Counted from the first letter of the stretch, positions 48,441-61,663 are shown. The stretch: 64,000 bases of DNA from Octopus sinensis (GCF_006345805.1 NC_043013.1:36580001-36644000); one strand, 5' to 3'. The notes: generated by a model from the sequence alone, not told the origin. Program-made: numbers and translations.

Positions 48441-49414
48441 ACAAACAAGATGTTCACAACAAACAAGATGAGGACAAATTTCCGTCAAATATAAATAATG
48501 TAAATAATGTTTATTTTCCATCTATCATCATTCTGGACATTAATGAATTAAGTACCAGTAATATACCAGGCACAACACATTTTGATCATATTCAATGCTG
48601 TCATAAAATACATGTACTATGGGGATTTGTTAAAAAAAAAAAATCAATATCTTACTTATCAATACATTCAATAAGTTACACAGAAATGATATTTAATTTT
48701 TTTATGAACATTAAAATAATTTTTTAAGAATTCTTTTACAAACTTGATATATATAAAAAAAGAGAAGTAGCATTTATAATGTGCGAAGATAGTGTTGTTT
48801 ATTGTCTATGGTGTGTAAAAAGTATGTTTTATAAGGTTTGTGAAAAATGGCGTTGCTTTTAATGAGTAGAAACGGTGCTGGGTGCTGGGTGTAAAAACTA
48901 TTTAGCTTTATAGGATATAAAAATAGTTTTATATATTATGTATTGAAGTAGTGATGTTATATTATGTATAAAAATTGTGTATATTAGGTCTAAAAATGGT
49001 GTTTGTGTATTAAGTGTAAAAATGGTATTTAAAATTTAGTGAAATGTATACATATTGTGTGTAAAAATGATTATTTTGTGTGTTTGCTTAAAAATGTTTA
49101 TTATGCATTGTGTTGGAGAATTAGTGGTGAGTTTTATATGCAGAAATGACATAGGATATTAAACACATACAATTAGTTATGGTCTATATATGTATATAAT
49201 TATATATATATATATTATATAGATATATATATATCCCATCATCATCATTTAGCGTCCGTTTTCCATATATATATCATATTTACATATATATATATATATA
49301 TATCTATATATATTATTATTAATCATATAGGGTGGCAAAAAATTTGTACAATTTTTTTTGCCACCAGCGGCCTAGTGGCAAAAAATTAAATAGTCCTAAG
49401 ACCATTTATATTCA

Positions 49415-49657
49415 ACATCAACAATCAAGGAACGGCCATAATAGGCCATTCACCCACTAGAAATAACAGCCAAGCTTCAACCGCAAATAACATTAATTCC
49501 ACAAACCAGGGAAAATTTAAAAATTAAAAATTAAAAATTACAGGGTAAATGTTTTTTAATTTTCTCCTGGTTTGCGGAAATAATGTTATTTTGCGGTTGA
49601 AGCTTTGGCTGTTATTTCTAGTGGGTGAATGGCCTATTATGGCCGTTCCTTGATTGT

Positions 49658-49663
<6 letters not shown>
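49415..49663. mobile_element. Foldback/MITE: about 110 bp near-perfect inverted arms around a spacer of about 30 bp
   Basis: ACATCAACAATCAAGGAACGGCCATAATAGGCCATTCACCCACTAGAAATAACAGCC..CAAACCAGG is the reverse complement of about 49552-49663. Differences are mostly homopolymer length. Confidence 0.9.
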
Positions 49664-49698
<35 letters not shown>

Positions 49699-49721
49699 CA
49701 TATATATATATACATATATAT

Positions 49722-49752
<31 letters not shown>

Positions 49753-50099
49753 ATATATATATATATATACGTACACACATACACACACCCACACACCAAT
49801 AAATATATATATATTTATTTATTTATTTATTTATATACATATATGTAGTAGGAAATGTGTGTACAATAGATGTACGATTGCTACTGTTATGTAGATAATG
49901 TGGCAAAGTAGACAATATGTAGATAATACGGCAAATATGTACTTTTCTTGCACAGAGAAAACTCTGTGTAAGAAAAGTACAGGATGTTCACGACTGAATT
50001 GGTTTGGTTTTTGACCATAAGTATGCTTAATCGAACCTATGGTCAAACATATGTAAAGATGATGTACGAGAAGGCATGTGGACATGAGATAGAAAAGTG

Positions 50100-50146
50100 C
50101 CATCACCACCACCACCATCACCATCACCATCACCATCACCATCACC

Positions 50147-50180
<34 letters not shown>

Positions 50181-51280
50181 TCATTATCATCATCATTCGT
50201 CATTGTCATCATCATTATCATCACCATCATTGTCATTGTAACCACCACCACCACCACCACCACCACCACCTCCACCTCCACCAGCATCATCATCATTATG
50301 ATCATCATTCGTCATCGTCATCATCATTATCATCACCATCGTTGTCATTGTAACCACCACCACCACCACCACCACCACCACCTCCACCTCCACCAGCATC
50401 ATCATCATTATGATCATCATTCGTCATCGTCATCATCATTATCATCACCATCGTTGTCATTGTAACCACCACACCACCACCACCACTACCACCTCCACCT
50501 CCACCAGCATCATCATCATTATCATCATCATTCGTCATCGTCATCATCATTATCATCACCATCGTTGTCATTGTAACCACCACCACCACCACCACCACCA
50601 CCACCTCCACCTCCACCAGCATCATCATCATTATCATCATCATTCGTCATCGTCATCATCATTATCATCACCATCGTTGTCATTGTAACCACCACCACCA
50701 CCTCCACCTCCACCAGCATCATCTTCATTATCATCATCATTCGTCATCGTCATCATCATTATCATCACCATCGTTGTCATTGTAACCACCACCACCACCA
50801 CCACCACTACCACCTCCACCTCCACCAGCATCATCATCATTATGATCATCATTCGTCATCGTCATCATCATTATCATCACCATCGTTGTCATTGTAACCA
50901 CCACCACCACTACCACCTCCACCTCCACCAGCATCATCATCATTATGATCATCATTCGTCATCGTCGTCATCATTATCATCACCATCGTTGTCATTGTAA
51001 CCACCACCACCACCACCACCACCACCACCACCACCTCCACCCACCAGCATCATCATCATTATCATCATCATTCGTCATCGTCATCATCATTATCATCACC
51101 ATCGTTGTCATTGTAACCACCACCACCACCACCACCACCACTACCACCTCCACCTCCACCAGCATCATCATCATTATCATCATCATTCGTCATCGTCATC
51201 ATCATTATCATCACCATCGTTGTCATTGTAACCACCACCACCACCACCACCACCACCACCACCTCCACCAGCATCATCAC
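50100..51280. repeat. Minisatellite, about 10 copies of a roughly 110 bp unit built from CAT/CAC triplets
   Basis: Anchor CATCGTTGTCATTGTAACCACC..CTCCACCTCCACCAGCATC recurs every 100-115 bp. Confidence 0.93.
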
Positions 51281-51610
51281 ATCATCAAATGTCCATTTTC
51301 CATGCTGGCATAGCTTGGATAGTTTGACCAGAGCTGACAAGCAGGAATGCAACACCAGGTTCCAGTCTGATCTGGGTTGGTTTCTGTGACGAGATCCCCT
51401 TCCTAATGCCAACCCCTTCACAAAGTGTGCCGAGGACTTTCCGCATGGCACTGGCACGAGTGCTTTTACATAGCACCAGCACAGGGTTCTTTCAGCTCAG
51501 TCCTCTTCAGCAGAGGGAGTAGCATTAACTCTTCTGCTGTGGACGATGGGTCTTCTTGAGTAAGGCAAGACAGCAGATATCTCGGTCTTTTGTCATCTTC
51601 ACCATAAGGT
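51280..51610 (-). mobile_element. RTE 3' end, second subfamily
   Basis: Minus: LMVKMTKDRDICCLALLKKTHRPQQKS*, then a B-type 3' UTR and (GAT)n. Confidence 0.7.
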
Positions 51611-51799
51611 TTAGTGTCCCTAGGGGTGAATCTTCTCCACCCACTCAAATATTGCCCCTTCCTCAGTCAAGGGGGCTTTTCTCTTTCCCACCCTTTCCAC
51701 TATTATTTTTCTTTTCCTGTCATGCAAGAAAGATCCTTGGCAACTGCTGTTGTGCTGGTAGCAAAAATAAAAAAAAAGAAAAGAAAAGAAAAGAAAGAA

Positions 51800-51985
51800 G
51801 CACCCAGTAGACACTGTATAAATTGGTTGGTGTTAGGAAGGGCATCCAAGCATGGAAACTGCACTGAAGCTTACATGGAGCACAATGCAGCTCTGTGACT
51901 CATTGGACCCTGTCAAACCACCCAACCTATACCAATATGAAAAATGGACATTAAAGGAAGACGATGATGAACTATGATGATGATA
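51800..51985 (+). mobile_element. RTE 3' tail (diverged)
   Basis: TTGGTTGGTGTTAGGAAGGGCATCC..AAATGGACATTAAAG..GATGATG. Confidence 0.75.
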
Positions 51986-52029
51986 GCTATGTTGATATAT
52001 AAATATATGTATATATCACCCTCCTCATC

Positions 52030-52340
52030 ATCATCATCATAATTTAGTGTCTGTTGTCCATGCTGGCATGGGTTGGATGGTCTGACCAGGGCTGGCAAGC
52101 TGTAAGGCTGTGGCAGACCCCAGTCCGATATGGCATGGCTTCTATGGCTGGATGACCTTTCTCATGCCAACCACACCAAGAGAGTTATGGGTTCTTTTAT
52201 GTGCCACCAGCCTAGGTGCCATTTGTGTGACACTTGTAGCTTCCACGATTGCAATTTTACTTGGATCGATGGGTCTTCTTCTCAAGCATGACATAATGCC
52301 AAAGGTCTCGGTCATTGCCTCTGAGAGGTTCAACATTTGA
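52030..52340 (-). mobile_element. RTE 3' end with short coding remnant
   Basis: Minus: LNLSEAMT..DLWHYVMLEKKTHRSK* (one frameshift), then a B-type 3' UTR. Confidence 0.8.
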
Positions 52341-52406
52341 CTTAACAGCTGTTTCCAATAATCATTATAAGGTTGTTTTATCTATCTATCTATCTATCTA
52401 ACTATA

Positions 52407-52458
<52 letters not shown>

Positions 52459-52734
52459 CATACACATACATATACACATGCACACACACACACATATATA
52501 TATATAATATATATATATAATAAATATATTTATACATACACACATACACACACATACGTAAATACATATGATAGAAAAATAGATATATAGATTGATAGAT
52601 AGGTAGGTAGGTAGGTAGATGAGCAAACATGAGGCAGACAGCAAACGTGTAGACAAGCAGACAGACAGGCTTCCAGCCAGCCAGCCTGCCAGCCAGCCAG
52701 CCAGCCAGCCAGTCTGATAAAGTGATTGATAGAT

Positions 52735-52801
<67 letters not shown>

Positions 52802-53559
52802 CAGACAGACAAACAGACAGACAGATAGATACATAGATAGAGATAGATAGATAGATAGATATTAAACTTGACAGTGAAATGCATACATACACACACATAC
52901 CCACACACTTTCACACTTGGAAGTGTTAGGATACATCAGGAAACAGACAGAGTGACTGATAGTTGGTAGGTGAGGATAAGGAGTGCAACAAACACACACA
53001 CATACATACATACACACATACACACATACATACAAACATACATACATACATGCATACATACGTACACACACTCGCAGATGGACACGTATAGGTATACAAA
53101 TGCATGTGCACACACACACACATATTCACACAAATGTGCACATACATATAGAGAGACAGACACACATGGATGCACACATACATATATATGTATGGGGATG
53201 TCATACAGATTGACAGACAGTTGCAAACACACGCAAATACACACGTTAATATAAACAGACTCATGCAATCACTCACACTCATATACATTTGGAGAGATAC
53301 AAATGCATACACTCATACAGTCAAGCACTCACAAACACACACATTCTTATAAACAGACACATAGAAACACACACATACATGTAGACTGGCAAGCCATAGA
53401 GATAGACACACATGCACACACACACACACTCACACATAAGTTAGATACGCACAAGCACACACATAAGTTAGATACGCACAAGCACACACTTACATATAGA
53501 CAGACACACACCACACACACTCAGGCAGACACACAAACACACATATATAAACAGACACA

Positions 53560-54520
53560 CACACAAACACACACGTACATATAGACAGTCACGCACACAA
53601 ACACACTCATACATATAGACAGACACACACAAACACTCATACATACAGTCACATGCACATACATATGTAGGCTGACACACACAATCACACACATACATAT
53701 AGGCAGACACGCATACACACATATATAGGCTGACACACACAAACACATGCAAACACACACATATATAGGCTGACACACACAAACACACACACATATAGGC
53801 AGTCACATGCAAACACACATACATATAGACAGACACACGCACATATATATGGCAGACACACACATATAGGCAGACACACACAAACACACATTCATATAGA
53901 CTGACACATGCACATACATATATAGGCTGACACATACAAACACACACACACATATAGACAGACACACAGACATACATATATAAGGTAGACACACACAAAC
54001 GCATACGCATATAGGCAGACACACACAAACGAACACACATATATAGACAGACACACACACAAACACACACATTCATATAGACTAACACATGCACATACAT
54101 ATATAGGCAGGTACACAAAACAGACAAATACTCAAACATACAAGGAGACACACATAATAGACACACACATGCATATAGACAGACACATACATATAAACAC
54201 ATACATATAAACACACACACACATATAGACAGACACACAGACATACATATATAAGGTAGACACACACAAACGCATACGCATATAGGCAGACACACACAAA
54301 CGAACACACATATATAGACAGACACACACACAAACACACACATTCATATAGACTAACACATGCACATACATATATAGGCAGGTACACACAAACAGACAAA
54401 TACTCACACATATAAGGAGACACACATACATATAGACACACACATGCATATAGACAGACACATACATATAAACACATACATATAAACACACACATACATA
54501 TAGACAGACACACACACACA
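53560..54520. repeat. CA-rich higher-order repeat with about 280 bp duplicated unit
   Basis: TATAAGGTAGACACACACAAACGCATACGCATATAGGCAG occurs at about 53980 and 54250. GGCAGGTACAC..CAGACAAATACTC occurs at about 54106 and 54378. Confidence 0.8.
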
Positions 54521-55030
54521 CAAACATACAGTCAGAAACAGATGGAGACTGAGAAATAGACAGAGAAAGATAGAGATAGACAGAGAGATAAATAGGCAGG
54601 CAGAGAGTGAGAGAGAAAGAGAGAGAGAGGGAGAGAAAAAAGAAAGAGAGAGGGAGGGAGAGAGAGAGGGGGTGATAGTAATATAGATAGCCAAAATCTT
54701 AATGAAATGCATACAATGATTAATTAGAGTAAAAGGAACGAAGTAGCCGGAGAAACGAGGTTTTAGTCACAGCTTGTCTAAAACAATTTATCAGTAACAA
54801 AGTCTGATCTATTAGCAATTAACAACGACACCATTAATACAGGCCCTAATTTAGAACCTAATTAAAGTAATTTGCTATTTAAGATGTAGTCGTGTCTGAT
54901 GGTCTTTCAATATTTCACTTTGCTACTTCGCTTTAGTCATTACTCAGATATATCAGCCGAGTGTGTGTGTGTGTGTGAGTGTGTGTGTGTGTGTGAGTGT
55001 GTGTGTGTGTGTGTGTGAGTGTGTGAGTGT

Positions 55031-55061
<31 letters not shown>

Positions 55062-55294
55062 AGTGTGGGTGCTTGTGTGCATGGTGGGGGTAGGAGCATG
55101 GCATTTTGGTGTAACTGACGATGTGTTTGTGTAAGCGTGCATATGAATATGTGCATATGTGGAATGTGTATCTATACATGTAAGGATATAAATGTGTGTG
55201 TGTGTGTGTGTGAGTTTGCGGCATGTGTGTGTGTATACATGATATGTTGTGTAAGCACTCGTGCATCTATATGTTGCATATGTTTGGAGTATAT

Positions 55295-55357
<63 letters not shown>

Positions 55358-55377
55358 AAATCGACATTAAGATAAAA

Positions 55378-55652
55378 ATCAAATGGAAATTGTAGTTGTG
55401 ATATCCATGGTGATGGCACATAGAAAGCACCAACTGATCGTGGCCGTTGCCAGCCTCCCAGGGCACCTGTACCAGTGGCACGTAAAAAGAACCCACTACA
55501 CTCACGGAGTGGTTGGTGTTAGGAAGGGCATCCAGCTGTAGAAACACTGCCAGATCAGACTGGAGCCTGGTGCAGCCTCCTGGCTTCCCAGACCCTGGTC
55601 AAGCTGTCCAACCCATGCTATCATGGAAAATGGACGTTAAACGATGATGATA
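55378..55652 (+). mobile_element. RTE 3' tail (family B)
   Basis: GGCACATAGAAAGCACC..GGAGTGGTTGGTGTTAGGAAGGGCATCCAGC..GGACGTTAAACGATGATG. Confidence 0.9.
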
Positions 55653-56044
55653 TATATACATACACATATATATATATGTATATATATGCATGCTTGTGTA
55701 TATGTATGCATATATGCATGTATATGTATGTATGTATGTTGCATGCCTGCATGTATATGTGTAGTTCTGCACATTCTGTCAGTAAGAAGATAGAAGCTTA
55801 TATCACCATCTGTAAGTGTGTTAGTGTTAATGTGTGATAGAGAGTGTTTTGACATGTGTGTGTGCACGTGTGTGTGTGTTTATGTGTATGTATGAGTGTA
55901 TACTTTGTTGTCTATCTAATAGACAACCCGCATGCATGTATGTACATACAACACAATGTTTTAGTTCCAGTTTTTCTTTTTTCATTTCAGAGTGAGATGA
56001 AAATGTTATTAAACACACATGCACGCATACACACACTCACACAC

Positions 56045-56087
<43 letters not shown>

Positions 56088-57089
56088 TGCACAAATGATT
56101 CTGGGATGCTGAACATCGCAAAAAATGATATTATAAACGACTGAAATAATTAGTAACATAGTGCAACCGGAGTAGACTTGGTGTTTCGAGACAACAAGCA
56201 TAGAAATGGAACAGAGAAGGCTAACTAAGAAGGGGAGTTGCTGATGTCTGGGATGCTCTCACTGCCTTTACCTTCTGCTCATTTCTGGCCTTCATCTTCT
56301 CTCTGCTCTCTTTACATTGCTTCCCAACCCAAGATGCTTCCACTGCACCCACCCACTGCTCTTCCACTCCCTGCTTCCATTTCTCTCACTAACCTCTCCC
56401 CAACACTTTCTCCAACGATTTCACACCATCTCATGTTTCTCTCCTTCTTAACCCCCCACCCCACCGCACCCCACCCCAACAACAACTTCCTACCACCTCT
56501 CTTTCCTTCTGTCACCCTCTCCAGATTCTTGTCACTCTTCATATTTACCTTTCTCTCATATCTTTCCATATTTGCTTTCATAACAAAATATGTCCCTGGA
56601 CCCAACTGACAACCCCCCACCACCATCGTCACCATTGCCATTCTGTCTCTGTCTCTCTCTCCCTCTCTCTTTTCCTTCCCCCTTCCTTTGTCCCTTCCAT
56701 ACTCACTTCTCTACTGATCTTTTCCAATGATAAATTAGTTACTCACTTACTCTGCCCCTTTCATATTCTACCTTGCTTAAAACCACCACTCATATCTTCT
56801 TCCAATGATGATGGTCTGGCTTTGCCTAAAGGATCCATAGGAACTTATATCATTCCATACAACAACAACATCATAGGATTTCCTTATGAATGAATGTAGT
56901 TACAACATGAGTCATGGTTCACCTGAAACAGCTGTCAAGATAAGACTATTATGTAACTCATTTCATTTATTCAATATTCTACAATCCATACACTGTATTT
57001 TGAATTCCACATAAAAATACTCATTAAGCCTTCTTGTCTTTATTTGCCTTTTTTATTTTTTTATTATATCTTTTATTGTTTTTCTTTTT

Positions 57090-57460
57090 TTCCTTGTTTC
57101 AGTCATTAGACTGTGGCCATGCTGGGGCATTGCCCTGAAGAATTTTAAGTTGAAAAAATCGACCCTAGTACTTAATGTTCTTTAAAGTCTGGTATTTATT
57201 TTGTCAGTCTCTTTTGCTGAACCACTAAGTTACAGGAATGTAAATACACCAGCACTGATTGTCAGGTGGTGACAGGGGACAAACACAAAAATACACACAG
57301 ACACACACACACATACACACATGATGGGCTTCTCTCAGTTTCTGTCTACCAAATCCACTCACAAGGTCTTGGTTGGCCTGAGGCTATAGTAGAAGACACT
57401 TGCCTAAAGTGCCATGCAGTGATTGGAAAGCAAACTTCTCAAGACACAGCCTCGCCTGTG
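57090..57460 (-). mobile_element. SINE A-related copy
   Basis: TTGTTTCAGTCATTAGACTGTGGCCATGCTGG..CTACCAAATCCACTCACAAGG..GACACAGCCTCGCCTGTGCC. Confidence 0.85.
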
Positions 57461-57494
57461 CCTTATATGCATTTATAATTTATTTGTATTTACT

Positions 57495-57531
<37 letters not shown>

Positions 57532-57534
57532 ATA

Positions 57535-57733
57535 CAGGGTTGGCCAAAAATCACCTGACAGTAAATATGTTTACCAACTGAATGAATTTAATAAAAGCAT
57601 CTAAATATGAAACATCATAAAAATTATTCAAACTGAAGTCCTTTAGTGACACATTTCTCTATTTGAGGCAATACAGAAGTACAGATGGTATTTATGGAAT
57701 TTTGATTTACTGTTGGGTGACTTTTGGCCAAAT
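57535..57733. mobile_element. Tc1/mariner-type MITE
   Basis: TA|CAGGGTTGGCCAAAAATCACCTGACAGTAAAT vs ATTTACTGTTGGGTGACTTTTGGCCAA: TIRs of about 27 bp. The right extreme end is eroded. Confidence 0.8.
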
Positions 57734-57750
57734 ATAATATATATATATAT

Positions 57751-58140
57751 GTGGCTGTGTGGTAAGTAGCTTGTTAACCAACCACATGGTTCCGGGTTCA
57801 GTCCCACTGCGTGGCATCTTGGGCAAGTGTCTTCTGCTATAGCCCCAGGCTGACCAATGCCTTATGAGTGGATTTGGTAGACGGAAACTGAAAGAAGCCT
57901 GTTGTATATATGTATATATATATATCTGTGTGTGCGTATGTCTGTGTTTGTCCCCCTAGCATTGCTTGACAACCGATGCTGGTGTGTTTACGTCCCCGTC
58001 ACTTAGCGGTTCGGCAAAAGAGACCGATAGAATAAGTACTGGGCTTACAAAGAATAAGTCCCGGGGTCGATTTGCTCGACTAAAGGCGGTGCTCCAGCAT
58101 GGCCGCAGTCAAATGACTGAAACAAGTAAAAGAAAAAAAA
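57751..58140 (+). mobile_element. SINE A, full length, least diverged copy
   Basis: GTGGCTGTGTGGTAAGTAGC..GGGTTCAGTCCC head with many CpGs retained, through GACTGAAACAAGTAAAAG. Confidence 0.92.
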
Positions 58141-58314
58141 AAGAAAGAAAGAATATAAATTATTAAATAGTGCAATACAGTAGTATAGCTTCCCAGTAGA
58201 ACAAAGCACCATCAGGTTAAAGTATGAATAAGATGAAGGTATAGTGGTACAACAATACACCAATATTTACTGGAAATAGCAGTCAATAATATATGATGCT
58301 TTAGTAAAGCTTCA

Positions 58315-58366
<52 letters not shown>

Positions 58367-58879
58367 CGGCAAAAATGCTAGTAGGCAGTGAGCATAAAAA
58401 ATTTCATCTTACCTGTAGGAAGAATATTAAATAAATGTACAACCCAGATGTGGATAATCTATGACCTGAGTTTTGAACTTTCCAAATTATGTTTGTTAAC
58501 ATAAATTTGATTAGTTCTCATCAGCTAGATTCACCTGGACAAAATCGCAACTGTCACTACATCAATGCCAGTATTTACTCATCTGAAATACCTATATATA
58601 CAGGTGATTCAAAAGTCGCCATACATAAGAACAATATATTTTATATATATATATATATATACTTATTATTATAAGAAAATTCATTCCACAAAAATACTAG
58701 GCACTGAACCAGTATTTCCTTGGGTGAAATCATCCCTTCATGAGGTTAACACAACTTCTAATTGAAAAGTATATATATATATAAATATATTTATATATCT
58801 TGTACTTTTTTCTGTTATAAAGGTGCTCCTTTGCTTCTTTACTCTTCCAGGTTGCAGGGGGACCTTTCTAGTGCTGTTG

Positions 58880-59115
58880 CTGTCCCCTCAAAAAACACCT
58901 AGTCCACTTTGTAAAGTGGCTGGCATTTGGGAAAGGCATCCAGGCCCACAAACCATGCCAAAACTAAGGTATTGGAGCACTTTGTACTCCTCCAATTTGT
59001 CAGATCTGGTCAAAGCTTCCAACTTTTGTCAGCATGCCATGTTGATGTATGATGCTGATGATAACAATGATGATGATAATAATGTCAACGATGGGTTTGT
59101 TGATGATGATGATGA
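58880..59115 (+). mobile_element. Old RTE-type tail
   Basis: GTGGCTGGCATTTGGGAAAGGCATCCAG.. followed by (GAT)n. Confidence 0.55.
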
Positions 59116-59232
59116 TCATGGTACTATACATAGAAAGACATAGGCATATATATTTGTGTATGTAGATGTGCAAGTATGAATATTATTATTGAAATCACTG
59201 TAGCACTATCACCATCATCTTGGTAATGATGG

Positions 59233-59272
<40 letters not shown>

Positions 59273-59329
59273 ATCAATTATGTTTGTAAAGCAAAAACAA
59301 AGTAATAAAATAACGAAGGAAAGTGAGAA

Positions 59330-59625
59330 AAGAAGAAGAATTAGGAGAAGAAGAAGAAGAAGAAGAAGAAGAAGAAGAAGAAGAAGAAGAAGAATTCGAA
59401 GAAGAAGAAGAAGAAGAAGAAGAAGATTAGAAAAGAAGAAGAAGAAGAAGAAGAAGAAGAAGAAGAAGAAGAAGAAGAAGAAGAAGAAGAATTAGAAGAA
59501 GAAGAAGAAGAAGAAGAAGAAGGAGAAGGAGAAGAAGAAGAAGAAGAAGAAGAAGAAGAAGAAGAAGAAGGGAAAGAAGAAGAAGAAGAAGGAAATGAAA
59601 AAGAAAAGGAAGAAGAAGCAGAACA
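59330..59625. repeat. (GAA)n microsatellite
   Basis: About 290 bp, seen directly. Confidence 0.97.
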
Positions 59626-61569
59626 ACAACAACGACAATTACAACTGCAATAATAAAGAATATAAACTCCGCCCTTCTCTCCTCCCCACCACTCAAAACA
59701 AAAAACAAAGAAACAAAAGAGCAAAACAAATATGTAAATAAATAAAACCCTTCTCCTGATAAAAAGAAAAACACAAATATGTAAACAGCAAAAGTCTAAA
59801 AAAAAACAATAATAATAATAATAATAACGATAAAGAAAAAATGACAAAGGAAACACAAGTTCATGTCGACTGGTTTAGGAAAATTTTTTTAAAATTTTGT
59901 GATTTTTAAAAAAAAAAGATTTGTTTGTTTATTTTTAAAAAAAAAAAAACAATTTGAATTTTTTTTATTTTTTAAAAAAATTGTTTATGTTTAGTTTCAT
60001 TGTTTACTTTTATTGTACTGCTTGTTTGTTCTTATTTTAATTTATTTTAATTTATTTTATTTTATTTTATTTTATTTTTACTTTATTTATTATCTATTTA
60101 GATTTTTGTTTATATGTTTATTTAACTGTTGTTCAAAGTGAAGTGATTTTCAAGATGACAATTTCAGGAACTTTGGTGTCAATGGAGGATGAAGGTGTTG
60201 GTGGTGGTGGTGGTGGTGTTGGTGTTGGCAGTATGTGGGGTGGTGCTGATAGTGGTGGTGGCAGCGGTGTTGGTTTTTAGTGGTGGAAAGGTGGGTAGGT
60301 GAGCATGGTGGAGCGCACTAGTGTGCAGCAGTGGGCAGTGGTTGATAGATAATGGTGCTGTTCATGGTGGTGGTGGTGGTGGTGGTGGTGGTGGTAGTGG
60401 TGGTAGTGGCACATCATGATTGTGCCTGTGGTGGCAGTGTTACTGATGCTGGAGGTGAAGTGATGGTGATATGAACAGTTAGTGGTTGTGGTGGGGGATG
60501 CAGTTCTTATTGATGTTGATGGTGGAAATGATTATTGTTGTTGTTGATGGTGGTGGTCGTGGCGAAGCTAGAGATTCAGTGGTTAGTGGTTGGTGGATGG
60601 TAGTGGTGGTGGTGGTGGTAGTGGTAGTTCTATGTTTAAATGTTAAAGGCCCTCTGCTAATTTTTTAGAACGTAGGGTTGGTGGTAGTGGTTGTGGTTGT
60701 TGTGGTGGTTGTGGTGGTGGTGGTGGCTGCTGGGGAAATTGTTAAATTTTGTTGTTGGTGTTTAGTTAGTGGTAGTGGTGGTGGTAGTGGTGGTGATGAT
60801 GATGGCAGTTGGTGTTGGCGCAGTCGTCATCATCGTCGTTGTTGTTGGTGGTGGTGGTAGTGTTTTAAGGGTTAATAGCAGTCTAGCGTGTTTAGGACAT
60901 AGTATTGGTTAGTTTAATATTGTGATAGTTTGATGGTAGTGCTGGTAATGGAACACTGGTGGTGGTGGTGGTGGTGATGGTAGTGCTAGTGGTGACAGTG
61001 ATGGTAGCACTGGAGTGGTGATGGTGATGGTATTGTTGGTGGGAATAGTGATAGTGGTGATAGTGGTGGTGGTGGTAGTGGTGGTGGTGGTGGTGGTTAA
61101 TTAGTGGCGGTTGAGAAGTTGAGAATTGAATGCTTGGAAGTGGCAATGGCTGGTTGGTTGGTTGGGCTGGTCGGTCGGTCGGTTGGTTTGACAATCATGA
61201 TGGCATGTTAAGGGTTAATGACAGACTGCTAAGTTTAGGATGTAGTGGTGGTGGTGGTTAATGAGTGCTGCTGATTGGCTCATAGTTGTGGTTGTTTGTG
61301 GTAAAGTGGTGCACATTTATTAAGTGCCGATGGTGATAAGGGTGTTACGATGCAAAAGGGGAAACAGCGGCAATGGTGGCAGTGATGGTGGTGGTGTTGG
61401 CGGTGATGACAGTGGTTGCTGTGGTGGTGGTGGTGGTGGTGAAGAACAGAGAGTAAAGAAGGGAGGTGTTAGCCCCATGGTGGGGGTAGTGAATAAAGAA
61501 TGGTAAGGGATGAAATTGCACTACTTGTATCAGAAGTAAGAGGTGGGGGCGGTGCTGTGTATACATACA

Positions 61570-61600
<31 letters not shown>

Positions 61601-61632
61601 GTGCATGTATAGTTCATATATATATATGAGTG

Positions 61633-61663
<31 letters not shown>

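Noticed and set aside
50100-51280. Regularly spaced repeats (also 4765-5660 and 25760-26330) as CRISPR-like arrays
   Set aside because: The units are contiguous tandem copies without unique spacers, in a eukaryotic context with no cas genes.
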